NCBI GenBank assembly: GCA_030680745.1
Contig: JAUXUR010000026.1
Location: 1,899-65,898 of the forward strand
Direction: 5' to 3'
DNA: 64,000 bases
From: Alphaproteobacteria bacterium
GTDB lineage: Bacteria; Pseudomonadota; Alphaproteobacteria; JAUXUR01
The first letter of the stretch is position 1, and each line of letters begins with the position of its first letter. A program made the position numbers and the translations under genes. Shown here piece after piece: positions 28,860-38,481 of this stretch. The notes under the pieces are model-generated. The model was not told where the DNA came from and did not search any database. It was given only the letters and a program-made list of their open reading frames with translations.

Positions 28860-30347
28860 TTATTCAAGATGGTTTTTATAATACGCTTCTTGAATTTGAT
28901 TTAAGTTGGCTGATTGAAAACCTTCAGCTTCCATGACGTCGCGTTGAATTTTTTGCCATTCGTCATAGGGTGATATATGTTTATATGCTCCAGTATCTTT
29001 GTATTGCGCAAACCATAGCGATTTTAGTCGCTCAAATTGCGCTTCATTTTTAGAAATTGTTAGTGCTGCACGGTCAAGCATCATCTGGGTATAGTCATCA
29101 CTAATATCATCTGTTTTAAGATCGCCAATTAATTCTGTTTGAATACGAATGTAATTGTTACCTAAGAAACTTTCCATTGTTCTGTCAACGGCTGCTAATT
29201 GACCTTGTTCAAATTGTTTAATAATTTTTTGTATGTCAGGGATTGTTAAATCAATTTTAATTTTATCATTGATATTTTCACCTGTTCCTATTGATATTAC
29301 AATAATATCTTCAAATGCTTTGTTTGGAAATAAACGCCTAATTTCAGCCAATGCAATTTCTGATGGGTTGTTGGCGGAAAGTCCGCCATCTCGATATATA
29401 TCTCCATCCTCAAGTACTGATGTAAAATAAAAAGGAGCGGCTGATGTTATTCGTCCTGCTTTCCATACTCGTTCATTTTTTGCATCGCTCAAAAATGCAG
29501 AATGACTTCCAAAAATTTCTAAATTATTGTCTGTATCATTAAAGGCGGTTACAAAAGCGGGCACTAAAAGTTGCGACAATTTGGTATGGTCAGTAAAAGT
29601 CTCTTTACAAAAAGTTTCGATGCCACTTGGATCGTACATAGATTCAAGAATGCCAGGCAAATGAATAATACTTCTTTTTTTGAAGATTTCTTCTTTTTTT
29701 GTTAAATATTGCTTAAGAATCATGTCTGGATTAAAACGGGCTAACGCAGGATTATCAGTATCAGGCATTGATAAAGCCAAGGCGATTAATCCACCAGTTG
29801 ATGTTCCAGCGATGAGATTAAAAAGTTGATTAATAGGAACATTCATCATGTCTGCAATATGTATCAAGATGCGTGCTAATATAACACCCCTTATGCCACC
29901 GCCATCAAGAGATAAAACAAATACTTTTTGATTGCAATCCTGCATACATTCATGTGTTTTGAATAGGGTGTTTTGAAAAGCTATTATAGGAGCAATATCA
30001 ATTTTGTGATCATTGCTTGAGCTTGATTGATTTGCAGGTGGAACTAAAGGTGGTGCATAAGGTGGTGGATTATCATCTTCTTCACTTGTATCATTATCTT
30101 TTTCGTTATGAGAAACCGATATAATTTGATCGGATCCTGTACCAATGTCGATTTCGTTTAGTTCTATATCATTATTTTTTTTGGAACCTCCAAATAGGCC
30201 TCTGAAACATGAAAAACAACCGGGTTTTTCAGCAATATCACTATCTTCTATTGTTTGTTTTACTTTTTTACCCGCTTCAACTTCATGCGTTGAAACAGAA
30301 AATAATACAAAAAAAATTATAGTCATTAAATTTATTTTTGATTTCAT
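28860..30347 (-). CDS. Secreted patatin-like phospholipase
   Basis: Signal peptide. Oxyanion motif DGGGIRG, nucleophile elbow GTSTGG (GxSxG), catalytic Asp in RDGGLSANNP. Pro-rich linker PPPYAPPLVPP. Confidence 0.9.
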   Translation of the reverse strand: MKSKINLMTIIFFVLFSVSTHEVEAGKKVKQTIEDSDIAEKPGCFSCFRGLFGGSKKNNDIELNEIDIGTGSDQIISVSHNEKDNDTSEEDDNPPPYAPPLVPPANQSSSSNDHKIDIAPIIAFQNTLFKTHECMQDCNQKVFVLSLDGGGIRGVILARILIHIADMMNVPINQLFNLIAGTSTGGLIALALSMPDTDNPALARFNPDMILKQYLTKKEEIFKKRSIIHLPGILESMYDPSGIETFCKETFTDHTKLSQLLVPAFVTAFNDTDNNLEIFGSHSAFLSDAKNERVWKAGRITSAAPFYFTSVLEDGDIYRDGGLSANNPSEIALAEIRRLFPNKAFEDIIVISIGTGENINDKIKIDLTIPDIQKIIKQFEQGQLAAVDRTMESFLGNNYIRIQTELIGDLKTDDISDDYTQMMLDRAALTISKNEAQFERLKSLWFAQYKDTGAYKHISPYDEWQKIQRDVMEAEGFQSANLNQIQEAYYKNHLE

Positions 30348-30569
30348 CGGTGCCTCTCTAAATGGATTGTCTTTGTTATTTGATCAAAAAATAAGACATT
30401 CTAAAAGTGAGATATGCAGACATAAATTATATAATTTTCAAATAAAATTAATTTCTTATATGAATTAAGTAATTTTATGTCGAAATATTTTTTTCAATAA
30501 TCAAATTTATATTATTAAAATAATAAATATTATTTTTTGTTAATTATAAAAAAAATACAAGTTTTTATA

Positions 30570-30598
30570 TTGACGTGAACAATTTTTAATTGTATATA
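30570..30598 (+). promoter_or_regulatory. Candidate sigma-70 promoter for the 356-aa gene
   Basis: TTGACG (30570-30575), 17-nt spacer, TATATA (30593-30598), about 30 nt upstream of the ATG. Confidence 0.4.
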
Positions 30599-30630
30599 TT
30601 TTGTTTAATTTAAAAAACAAGGAAGTTTAA

Positions 30631-31701
30631 ATGAGAAATTTTTTTTTAACGATTGGTTTATTAAGTTGTTCTTTTTCTTCATTAGCAACTTTGCTAGATC
30701 AAGAACAAATAGATCAATTTAATGCGACATCTGAAGGTTTAAAAATTTCAAGGAAATTTGATCCAGAAAAAATAAATACTTTGGTTATAGGTGCAGGCAT
30801 TTTAGGATCAGAGGCACATTTTTTTGGATCATGCTGTCAAATGGGTGATTATCGTAAAGAATATGTAACAAGTAATGGCGAAATTCTCACTGAAAGAGAA
30901 AAAAAGAATAAGCATATATATAAAATACCAAGATTAATTTTAGATCCTTTAAATATTGTTCATTATCATTTTGAAGATGGTTTTTCTTTTCAAAATAAGA
31001 AGGAAGCTTTGGATTATCAAAGAAGGAACATCACGAGTCCCATGGAAGTGTATCCTGAAAATACACTTTTTTTAGATGTAAATGATAGAATGAGAGATCC
31101 ATATACATATGAGGTGAATGATTATGTTCATCTTAAGGGTGATGTTTTTACACTAAACGAACTTCCTTTTGGCCTTAAGGTTGATAAAATTGTGATTGAG
31201 TATTTAGGAGATTGTTTGTTTGCAGGAAAAGATTTTGAAAATCTTGATTGGACATGGTTAAGAAATCTTTTTGGTGTATTAAATCCAAATGGTAAAGTTT
31301 TTTTCGAAATGCGTGCGGATTCACTGACAAGTCAAGATGCAAAAATCGTGAAAGAGCCCTTATCAGATAAGCTTGAAGCTGTTGAAAGTAGCATAGCTTG
31401 GCTTGTGAGTTCTCCATTAGGGAAGAAGAACCGCGCTTACTTTGAACATATGTATAAATGTGGGTCTGAATTTTTTGAAGATCTTTCTGAGGAAGAATTC
31501 ACGATATTAATGGATTATATTTTCCCTGTTGTAGTAAATCATAGTACTAAAATATTAAAAATTCTTCGTGAAAAATTTGAGATTAATGGTTTTTCATGTG
31601 TTTCAACAAAATCTTTTCCGAGAGGATCGATGTGTATAAAATGGCATATTCCTAATCGGTATTACTCTACTGTTAGGATAGAAGCTATTGCTTCTGAATA
31701 A
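30631..31701 (+). CDS. Hypothetical secreted protein (weak hints of a class I methyltransferase-like fold)
   Basis: Signal peptide MRNFFLTIGLLSCSFSSLA and AAGGAAG RBS. LVIGAGILG and LNPNGKVFFEM loosely resemble SAM-MTase motifs; this is not a confident assignment. Confidence 0.6.
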   Translation: MRNFFLTIGLLSCSFSSLATLLDQEQIDQFNATSEGLKISRKFDPEKINTLVIGAGILGSEAHFFGSCCQMGDYRKEYVTSNGEILTEREKKNKHIYKIPRLILDPLNIVHYHFEDGFSFQNKKEALDYQRRNITSPMEVYPENTLFLDVNDRMRDPYTYEVNDYVHLKGDVFTLNELPFGLKVDKIVIEYLGDCLFAGKDFENLDWTWLRNLFGVLNPNGKVFFEMRADSLTSQDAKIVKEPLSDKLEAVESSIAWLVSSPLGKKNRAYFEHMYKCGSEFFEDLSEEEFTILMDYIFPVVVNHSTKILKILREKFEINGFSCVSTKSFPRGSMCIKWHIPNRYYSTVRIEAIASE

Positions 31702-31711
31702 TAAACGAATA

Positions 31712-31739
31712 GGGGTCATTTGAATTTTTAAATGGCCCC
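31712..31739 (+). terminator. Strong hairpin after the 356-aa gene
   Basis: GGGGTCATTT-8 nt-AAATGGCCCC (10-bp stem with one G-U pair) 10 nt after the stop. No T-run. Confidence 0.4.
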
Positions 31740-31848
31740 GTTGAAAATATGGTGTTGTAAGGTTGCGATCTTATTGATTTTTGAATATTTTTTTAGTATA
31801 TAATTTATGACTATCTTATGAAAATTTAATCTTAATAAAAGGTTTAAT

Positions 31849-32160
31849 ATGTCACATCCAATGATTTATAAAATTCTAACATTGGAAGAATTTGATGAAT
31901 TCAATAAAAATAAAAAATTTGTTGGAAATCCACTTGATCGTGAAGATGGGTATATGCATTTTTCAACTAAAGAACAATATCCTAAAATTATTCAAAAGTT
32001 TTTTCCTGGCCAAAAAGTTGTCGTTCTGGAAATTTATGCAGCTAAAATAGCAGGAACGCTTAAGTTTGAAAGTAATGTTCCTAATGGCGAGCAATACCCA
32101 CATCTTTATGGTGGCTATTTTGATGTTCAAGACGTCGTGAATGTTATTAATATCGATTAA
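31849..32160 (+). CDS. DUF952 family protein
   Basis: 103 aa. IYKILTLEEF..., GYMHFSTKEQ and YPHLYGG match the conserved DUF952 pattern (GFIH.S..Q ... FPHLYG). Confidence 0.75.
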   Translation: MSHPMIYKILTLEEFDEFNKNKKFVGNPLDREDGYMHFSTKEQYPKIIQKFFPGQKVVVLEIYAAKIAGTLKFESNVPNGEQYPHLYGGYFDVQDVVNVINID

Positions 32161-32344
32161 TGCAATCGCTCTAAACGTAAAAATAAAAAGAGGCTTATCC
32201 ATTTTTCTGTACGTGAAATTAAATAAAATACAATTTTTTATACCTTTTTAAACGAAAGAGGTTGCCAAAAAGCGAATCTCTTCATAGAATCGCAAAGTCT
32301 TAAAAAATTATTGAGTTTAGTTTTAAGCTACCGACTTATCTATT

Positions 32345-34663
32345 ATGAGGTTTAGTGTGAAGTTTTTTCAAGCCAAGCAATTCGTTTTGCTGCTTTTTTT
32401 CCTTTTCTTGACAGATGTTAATGCGCGAATGGGCGATGATTTTAATCAAGAAGTATCCGAAAACCATATGTTTGTGGGTTCAATTGAGGTTGAAGGTGTT
32501 GAACGCATTCCTAAAGAAACAATTTTATCCTATTTAACTTTTAAAAAGGGCGAATCTGTTGATCGTAATGCGATTGATCTTTCCTTAAAAGCATTGTTTG
32601 CAACAGAGCTTTTTGCAGATGTGAATATTGATGTTGATCGAGAAACGATTAGGGTGAAAATTAAAGAAAATCCAGTTATTAATCGTATTGCATTTGAAGG
32701 AAATAGTAAGCTTAAAGAAGAACGTCTTAAAAATGAATTGCAATTAAGACCGCGTGTTGTTTATACACGCAGTAAAGTTCAAAGCGACGTGGAGCGTTTG
32801 GTTGAAATTTATCGTCAAAATGGTCGTTATGCTGCAAAAATTGAGCCTTACGTTATTGAACTTCCTCAAAATCGTGTTGATCTTGTTTTCAAGATTAATG
32901 AAGGTAAGGTGACGCAAGTACGACGTATTAGTTTCCTGGGACATAAACATTTTTCAACTGCAACACTGAAAGAAATTATTAAGACACGCGAATCAGCTTG
33001 GTGGCGCATTATGTCAACTGATGACATTTACGATCCCCATCGTCTTGAATATGATAAAGAATTGTTACGCGAATATTATTTGGCAATGGGCTATCCTGAA
33101 TTTCGTATAAAATCAGCGATTGCTGAGCTTGCGCCTGAAAAAGATGGTTTTTATATTACCTTTACGATTGAAGAGGGAAGCCGGTACAAAGTTAATAAGG
33201 TTGAAGTGGAGTCTCAGATTAAAGAGATTCCAGGCGAAATGCTTAAAAAGGACGTTTATACAAAAGTTGGCACTTGGTATAACGCTGAAGAAGTGAATGC
33301 GACTATTTCATTACTGACTGAAAAATCTGGTGAAATGGGCTATGCGTTTGTTGATGTAAAACCACGTACAGAGCTTGATCGTGTTAATAAAAAGATAGAT
33401 ATTATCTATGAGATAGGCGAGGGACCAAAGGTTTTTGTTGAAAAGATCGATATTGTTAATAATTTTAGAACCTTGGATAAAGTGATACGTCGTGAGTTTT
33501 TGCTTGCAGAAGGTGATGCTTTTAATGTATCGAAGCTTAAAGATAGTAAAAAACGACTGGAACATGTCGGTATCTTTGAAGACGTTAAAGTTGATCATGA
33601 AGAAGGGTCAAAGCCTGATCAGACAATTATTAAAGTAGATATTCAAGAAAAAAGAACGCTTGATTTCAACATTGCCGGTGGTTTTTCTGAAAATGAAGGT
33701 ATTTTAGGGAAGGTCGAACTTAAAGAATCTAATTTTTTAGGACGTGGTCAAGAAGTTGGTGGTGCAGTGACTGTCTCTAAAAGAAGCAAAAATTTTAACG
33801 TTTCTTTTACTGAGCCTTATTTTTTAGAGCGTGATCTTTTGGCAGGTGTGGATTTCTTCCATTCGCGTACGAATAATTCTAAGCAAAGTTCATATGATAT
33901 CATGTCATCTGGTGGAAATATGCGTTTCGGGTATGATTTAGCTGATCATATTGGGCAGATGTGGTCCTATGGTTTACGTCGTTCAAAAATTTATCATGTT
34001 AACGAATCTGCATCTCGTTATGTTAAATCGCAGCGTAGACGTGCTGTCATTTCAGAGATTGGGCATACGCTTACTTTTGATTATAGAGACAATAGGGTAG
34101 AACCAAATCGTGGATTCTTTCTTAGCTTAACGCAAGATGTTGCAGGGCTTGGAGGAAACACACGTTATGTTCGGTTTTCAAACTCAACAGGTTTTTATCA
34201 GCCTATCACCAATGATATTATCTTGAGTTTAACAGGCGAATTAAGTTATATTCGGGGTATTCATCAAAAGGTGGATATTAATAACCGTTTCTTCTTGGGT
34301 GGTGATTCTTTCAGAGGGTTTGAAGTTGGTGGTATTGGACCACGCGATATTTTTTCTGATGATGATGATGCACTTGGTGGGCGACGTTCTTCGGTGAGTA
34401 CTGCAGAGATAAGATTCCCAATTGGGTTGCCTGAAGAATTGGGCGTTTCAGCAAGAATCTTTACAGATATTGGTTTTTTAGATAAACCTGTCGAAAAAGG
34501 TCCTGGTATTCTTAACCATTTTAAATGGCGAGCATCTTCAGGAGTAGGGATTACTTGGAAAACACCAATGGGGCCCGTTAGAATAGATTTTGCAAAACCT
34601 TGGCTTAAGGATAAGCACGATATGAAAAAATATGTCTTATTTGGCTTTGGTACACGTTTTTAG
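32345..34663 (+). CDS. bamA: Outer membrane protein assembly factor BamA
   Basis: Signal peptide, POTRA repeats (IEVEGVERIPKETILSYL..., INRIAFEGN...), a C-terminal beta-barrel ending ...LFGFGTRF. Followed by skp-lpxD-fabZ-lpxA. Confidence 0.95.
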   Translation: MRFSVKFFQAKQFVLLLFFLFLTDVNARMGDDFNQEVSENHMFVGSIEVEGVERIPKETILSYLTFKKGESVDRNAIDLSLKALFATELFADVNIDVDRETIRVKIKENPVINRIAFEGNSKLKEERLKNELQLRPRVVYTRSKVQSDVERLVEIYRQNGRYAAKIEPYVIELPQNRVDLVFKINEGKVTQVRRISFLGHKHFSTATLKEIIKTRESAWWRIMSTDDIYDPHRLEYDKELLREYYLAMGYPEFRIKSAIAELAPEKDGFYITFTIEEGSRYKVNKVEVESQIKEIPGEMLKKDVYTKVGTWYNAEEVNATISLLTEKSGEMGYAFVDVKPRTELDRVNKKIDIIYEIGEGPKVFVEKIDIVNNFRTLDKVIRREFLLAEGDAFNVSKLKDSKKRLEHVGIFEDVKVDHEEGSKPDQTIIKVDIQEKRTLDFNIAGGFSENEGILGKVELKESNFLGRGQEVGGAVTVSKRSKNFNVSFTEPYFLERDLLAGVDFFHSRTNNSKQSSYDIMSSGGNMRFGYDLADHIGQMWSYGLRRSKIYHVNESASRYVKSQRRRAVISEIGHTLTFDYRDNRVEPNRGFFLSLTQDVAGLGGNTRYVRFSNSTGFYQPITNDIILSLTGELSYIRGIHQKVDINNRFFLGGDSFRGFEVGGIGPRDIFSDDDDALGGRRSSVSTAEIRFPIGLPEELGVSARIFTDIGFLDKPVEKGPGILNHFKWRASSGVGITWKTPMGPVRIDFAKPWLKDKHDMKKYVLFGFGTRF

Positions 34664-34680
34664 TTAGATATGAGGATAAA

Positions 34681-35292
34681 ATGAAAAAAATATATATACT
34701 TTCTGCATTAATACCTAATTTGATGCTTATTTCGGCGCATGCTGCAGCTGTTAATGAACCAGTTGTTCAACAAACAAGTACAACGAGTGTGGCTTCTGCT
34801 CCAGTACATACAGCGTCTAAATTTTCTATGGGTGTTTGTGATGCGAATGAAGTTTTTTATCGCGCTAAAGCAATACAAGAATTCGAGCAACATCGTGAAA
34901 ATAGATTAAAAGAATATCAAAAAAGTTTTGTTCAGCAAGAAACGAATTTGCGTAAAGAACATGAAAAACTTGAAGATAAAATGAAGCTTGGTAAAGAAGC
35001 ATATATCGAGGCTGAAAAAGGTTTTCAAGGTAAAGTTGATGAAGCACGTAAGCGTTTTGAAGAAATGCGTAAAAAAATAGATTTGGCCTCAGCTGATGCT
35101 GAAAAAAAAGTCAAAGAAGAAATATTGAAAATTGTTATGGATCTTAAAAAGAAACATAGCTTAGGAACAGTGTTTGATAAAGGTGCTTTGCTTATTTCTG
35201 ATGAAGTTCATGATTTAACTGAAGAAGCTGTAAAGCTTGTTAATGAAAGATTGCCATCTGTTAAGGTTTCTATACCTCCTGTGAAAGGTTAA
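34681..35292 (+). CDS. skp: OmpH/Skp-like periplasmic chaperone
   Basis: Signal peptide, coiled-coil Lys/Glu-rich body, and the conserved position between bamA and lpxD. Confidence 0.75.
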   Translation: MKKIYILSALIPNLMLISAHAAAVNEPVVQQTSTTSVASAPVHTASKFSMGVCDANEVFYRAKAIQEFEQHRENRLKEYQKSFVQQETNLRKEHEKLEDKMKLGKEAYIEAEKGFQGKVDEARKRFEEMRKKIDLASADAEKKVKEEILKIVMDLKKKHSLGTVFDKGALLISDEVHDLTEEAVKLVNERLPSVKVSIPPVKG

Positions 35293-35294
35293 TT

Positions 35295-36338
35295 ATGGCC
35301 GATAGCCGTTTTTTTAAATATGGTGGTCCTTTAAGTCTTAAGGACTTAGCGCGGATTGGTAACGCTGAATTAGCAAATACGACTGATGCTGAAAAGATTA
35401 TAAAAGATCTCGCAACGCTTGAGAATGCGCAAACGGATGCAATTGCTTTTTTTCATAATCCTAAATATATGGAAACATTCAAGAATACAAAAGCAGGTGC
35501 TGTTATTATAAGACCTCAGGATTTAAGTGCAGCACCTAAAAATGTTGCTCTTTTGTTGTCGGATGATCCATATAGAAGTTTTGCTTTTATTGCACAAGCT
35601 TTTTATCCGGACGAGGTTTTTCCCTATATTCAAGAAGATGCTGAATCAGCCATTCATCCAGCTGCAATTATTGATCCAAGTGCCAAAATTGGAAGATCAT
35701 GTCGCATCGATGCAGGCGTTGTTATTGGGTCGAATGTTACGATTGGTGATTGCTGCAATATAAGTGCTAATGCTGTGGTAGAGGCTGGTGTGCAATTGGG
35801 GCACCATTGTTATATAGGTCCTAATGCAAGTATTACGCATAGTTTGATTGGCAATTATGTTGTGATTCATATGGGCGCCCGTATTGGTCGTACTGGTTTT
35901 GGTTTTGTGCCTGGTCCTCAACGTGCGATGCGTGTGCCACAATTAGGGCGTGTTATTATTGAAGATTGTGCTGAAATAGGCGCTAATGCAACAATTGATC
36001 GCGGTAGCCTTGAAGATACTATTATTGGTGCTGGCAGTATGATTGATAATTTAGTACAGCTGGGTCATAATGTGCAAATTGGTCGTGGTTGTATTATTGT
36101 TTCTCAAGCGGGTATATCAGGAAGTACGAAATTGGCTGATTTTGTCCAAATTGGAGGACAAGCAGGTCTTACAGGACATTTAAATATTGGTCGTGGCGCA
36201 AAAATTGCTGCACAAAGCGGTATTATGCGTGATATTCAAGAGAATGCCGTTGTGTGTGGTGCACCTGCAGTTCCTATTAGAGATTTTCATCGACAAACTT
36301 TAGCAATTTGGCGAATGGCTAAAATTAAAGGCGCATAA
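35295..36338 (+). CDS. lpxD: UDP-3-O-acylglucosamine N-acyltransferase
   Basis: LpxD N-terminal domain (FFHNPKY...) followed by left-handed beta-helix hexapeptide repeats. Operon context. Confidence 0.95.
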   Translation: MADSRFFKYGGPLSLKDLARIGNAELANTTDAEKIIKDLATLENAQTDAIAFFHNPKYMETFKNTKAGAVIIRPQDLSAAPKNVALLLSDDPYRSFAFIAQAFYPDEVFPYIQEDAESAIHPAAIIDPSAKIGRSCRIDAGVVIGSNVTIGDCCNISANAVVEAGVQLGHHCYIGPNASITHSLIGNYVVIHMGARIGRTGFGFVPGPQRAMRVPQLGRVIIEDCAEIGANATIDRGSLEDTIIGAGSMIDNLVQLGHNVQIGRGCIIVSQAGISGSTKLADFVQIGGQAGLTGHLNIGRGAKIAAQSGIMRDIQENAVVCGAPAVPIRDFHRQTLAIWRMAKIKGA

Positions 36339-36339
36339 T

Positions 36340-36822
36340 ATGTCAGAAAACAATGAAAATTCAATTGATTTGAAAAATCATTCGACGCTCAGTGTAGAGC
36401 GCATCATGAAATTAATTCCACATCGCTATCCTATGCTTCTTATTGATCGATTGGTTGATATTAAAGAAGGTGAGGCGACAGGCATTAAAAATGTGACCAT
36501 CAATGAACCGTTCTTTCAAGGGCATTTTCCTGCACGCCCCGTTATGCCTGGCGTTCTTCTCATTGAAGCCATGGCGCAAACCGCTGGTGTATTGGTTATG
36601 CATCACTTAGGCGAAGAAGCAGATGGTAAAGTTGTTTATTTCATGTCCGTTGAAGAAGCCCGCTTCAGACGTCCTGTTGTACCTGGCGATTCTTTGCGCA
36701 TACATGTCATTAAAGAAAGAAATCGCGCGCGCGTATGGAAGTTTAGCGCAAAAGTGATGGTTGAACAAAAATTGGTTGCAGAAGGTAAATTTTCAGCAAT
36801 GATCGTGGATATTAAAGAATGA
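36340..36822 (+). CDS. fabZ: 3-hydroxyacyl-ACP dehydratase FabZ
   Basis: LPHRYPMLLIDR...INEPFFQGHFP..PVMPGVLLIEAMAQ signature. Confidence 0.95.
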   Translation: MSENNENSIDLKNHSTLSVERIMKLIPHRYPMLLIDRLVDIKEGEATGIKNVTINEPFFQGHFPARPVMPGVLLIEAMAQTAGVLVMHHLGEEADGKVVYFMSVEEARFRRPVVPGDSLRIHVIKERNRARVWKFSAKVMVEQKLVAEGKFSAMIVDIKE

Positions 36823-37670
36823 CTTTTTCTCAAGTAACAGATTTTTCAAAAAATACAAGCGTAAATATACACCCAACAGCAATTGTTGATCCTCAAGCAC
36901 AACTTGGTGAACGTGTCTCTATTGGGGCATATTCAATTATCGGGCCGCATGTTGTTTTGGGTGATGATGTTGAAGTGTTACATCATGTCGTGATCGTTGG
37001 ACGCACAAATATTGGCGCGCGTACTAAAATTTATCCATTTGCAGCCATTGGTTTTGAAACGCCAGATAAAAAATATAAAGGCGAACCTTCGACACTTATC
37101 ATTGGTACAGATAATATTATTCGTGAGCACGCAACCTTACATCCTGGCACTGAAGGTGGCGGTATGGTGACGCGTGTGGGTAATAATTGTTTGTTAATGA
37201 TTGCATGCCATGTTGCGCATGATTGTACTATTGGTAATAATGTTATTATGTCCAATAATGCAACCCTTGGCGGTCATGTGATTGTGGGTGATTATGCAAA
37301 CATTGGTGGGCTCGCAGCTGTTCTTCAATTCGTACGCATTGGTCATCATGCGATGATTGCAGGTTTAGCTGGCGTTGGTTATGACGTTATTCCTTATGGA
37401 ACAGTTATTGGCGAGCGTGGTCATTTAAATGGTCTTAATTTGATTGGGCTAAGGCGTCGTGGCTTTGACCGTGAACTTATCCATTCATTACGGAATGCGT
37501 ATCGACTTATATTCGCTAAAGAAGGTTCATGGGATGAACGCGTAAGTGATGCTGCTGAAACTTTCAAAGGCAATGCTTTGGTCATGGAAATTATCAATTT
37601 TGTGATGGAGCCGTCAAAACGACCCATTTGTAAGCCTAAGGGTTTAGAGGAAGAAGAGTCAGATGTCTAA
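36819..37670 (+). CDS. lpxA: UDP-N-acetylglucosamine O-acyltransferase
   Basis: IHPTAIVDPQAQLG start, hexapeptide repeats, conserved H-containing core (ACHVAHDC), C-terminal helical domain. Confidence 0.95.
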   Translation: MTFSQVTDFSKNTSVNIHPTAIVDPQAQLGERVSIGAYSIIGPHVVLGDDVEVLHHVVIVGRTNIGARTKIYPFAAIGFETPDKKYKGEPSTLIIGTDNIIREHATLHPGTEGGGMVTRVGNNCLLMIACHVAHDCTIGNNVIMSNNATLGGHVIVGDYANIGGLAAVLQFVRIGHHAMIAGLAGVGYDVIPYGTVIGERGHLNGLNLIGLRRRGFDRELIHSLRNAYRLIFAKEGSWDERVSDAAETFKGNALVMEIINFVMEPSKRPICKPKGLEEEESDV

Positions 37671-38481
37671 ATTAGGAATTATTGCCGGTGGTGGAAATCT
37701 ACCGAAAAAAATTATTCAAGCTTGTCAACAAACCAAACGCGATCATTTTGTGATTGGATTTGAAGGGATGACAGATCCTGATTGTGTTGAAAAGAGTCCT
37801 CATTATTGGTCTAGTCTTGGGCAAATTAACGCAACTTTAGAAAAATTTAAGGAAGAAAACGTTACTGAAGTTGTTTTTGCAGGTAGAATTGAAAGACCAT
37901 CTTTTAGTGCGCTTAAAATGGATAAGCGTGCAGCCTCTCTTCTTGCAAAAGCGGCTTTACGTGGTTTTGGTGATAATGCCGTTTTGACATTGATTATTGA
38001 AGAAATTGAAAAAGATGGCTTCAAGGTTGTTGCTGCACAAGATCTGTTAGATGATCTTTTGGCGCCAGAAGGTGCTTTGGGGCAAATTGAACCTGATGCG
38101 CAAGCCTTAAGCGATATTAAAAAGGGCCAAGAAATTTTAACGCAGATGTCCCCTATGGATATTGGTCAATCTGTTGTTGTTCAAGAAGGCATGGTTTTAG
38201 GCATTGAAGCCATTGAAGGTACGGATGCGTTAATTGATCGTTGTGCCAGTGTGAAACGCGATGGCGTTGAAGGCATTCTTGTGAAAATGCGTAAAGTTGG
38301 CCAAGATAATCGTGCGGATTTACCTACAATTGGACCTGAAACGCTGAAAAAAGCGAAAGCAGCGGGTCTTCGTGGTATTGCGATTGAAGCACGAGGTACA
38401 ATCATTATTAATAAAGATGAAGTGATTGATTACGCTAATAAATCCAATATGTTTGTTGTTGGGGTTAAAGCCGCATCGTGA
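37663..38481 (+). CDS. lpxI: UDP-2,3-diacylglucosamine pyrophosphatase LpxI (DUF1009)
   Basis: LGIIAGGGNLP N-terminus, ~270 aa, located between lpxA and lpxB as in alphaproteobacteria that lack lpxH. Confidence 0.85.
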   Translation: MSKLGIIAGGGNLPKKIIQACQQTKRDHFVIGFEGMTDPDCVEKSPHYWSSLGQINATLEKFKEENVTEVVFAGRIERPSFSALKMDKRAASLLAKAALRGFGDNAVLTLIIEEIEKDGFKVVAAQDLLDDLLAPEGALGQIEPDAQALSDIKKGQEILTQMSPMDIGQSVVVQEGMVLGIEAIEGTDALIDRCASVKRDGVEGILVKMRKVGQDNRADLPTIGPETLKKAKAAGLRGIAIEARGTIIINKDEVIDYANKSNMFVVGVKAAS

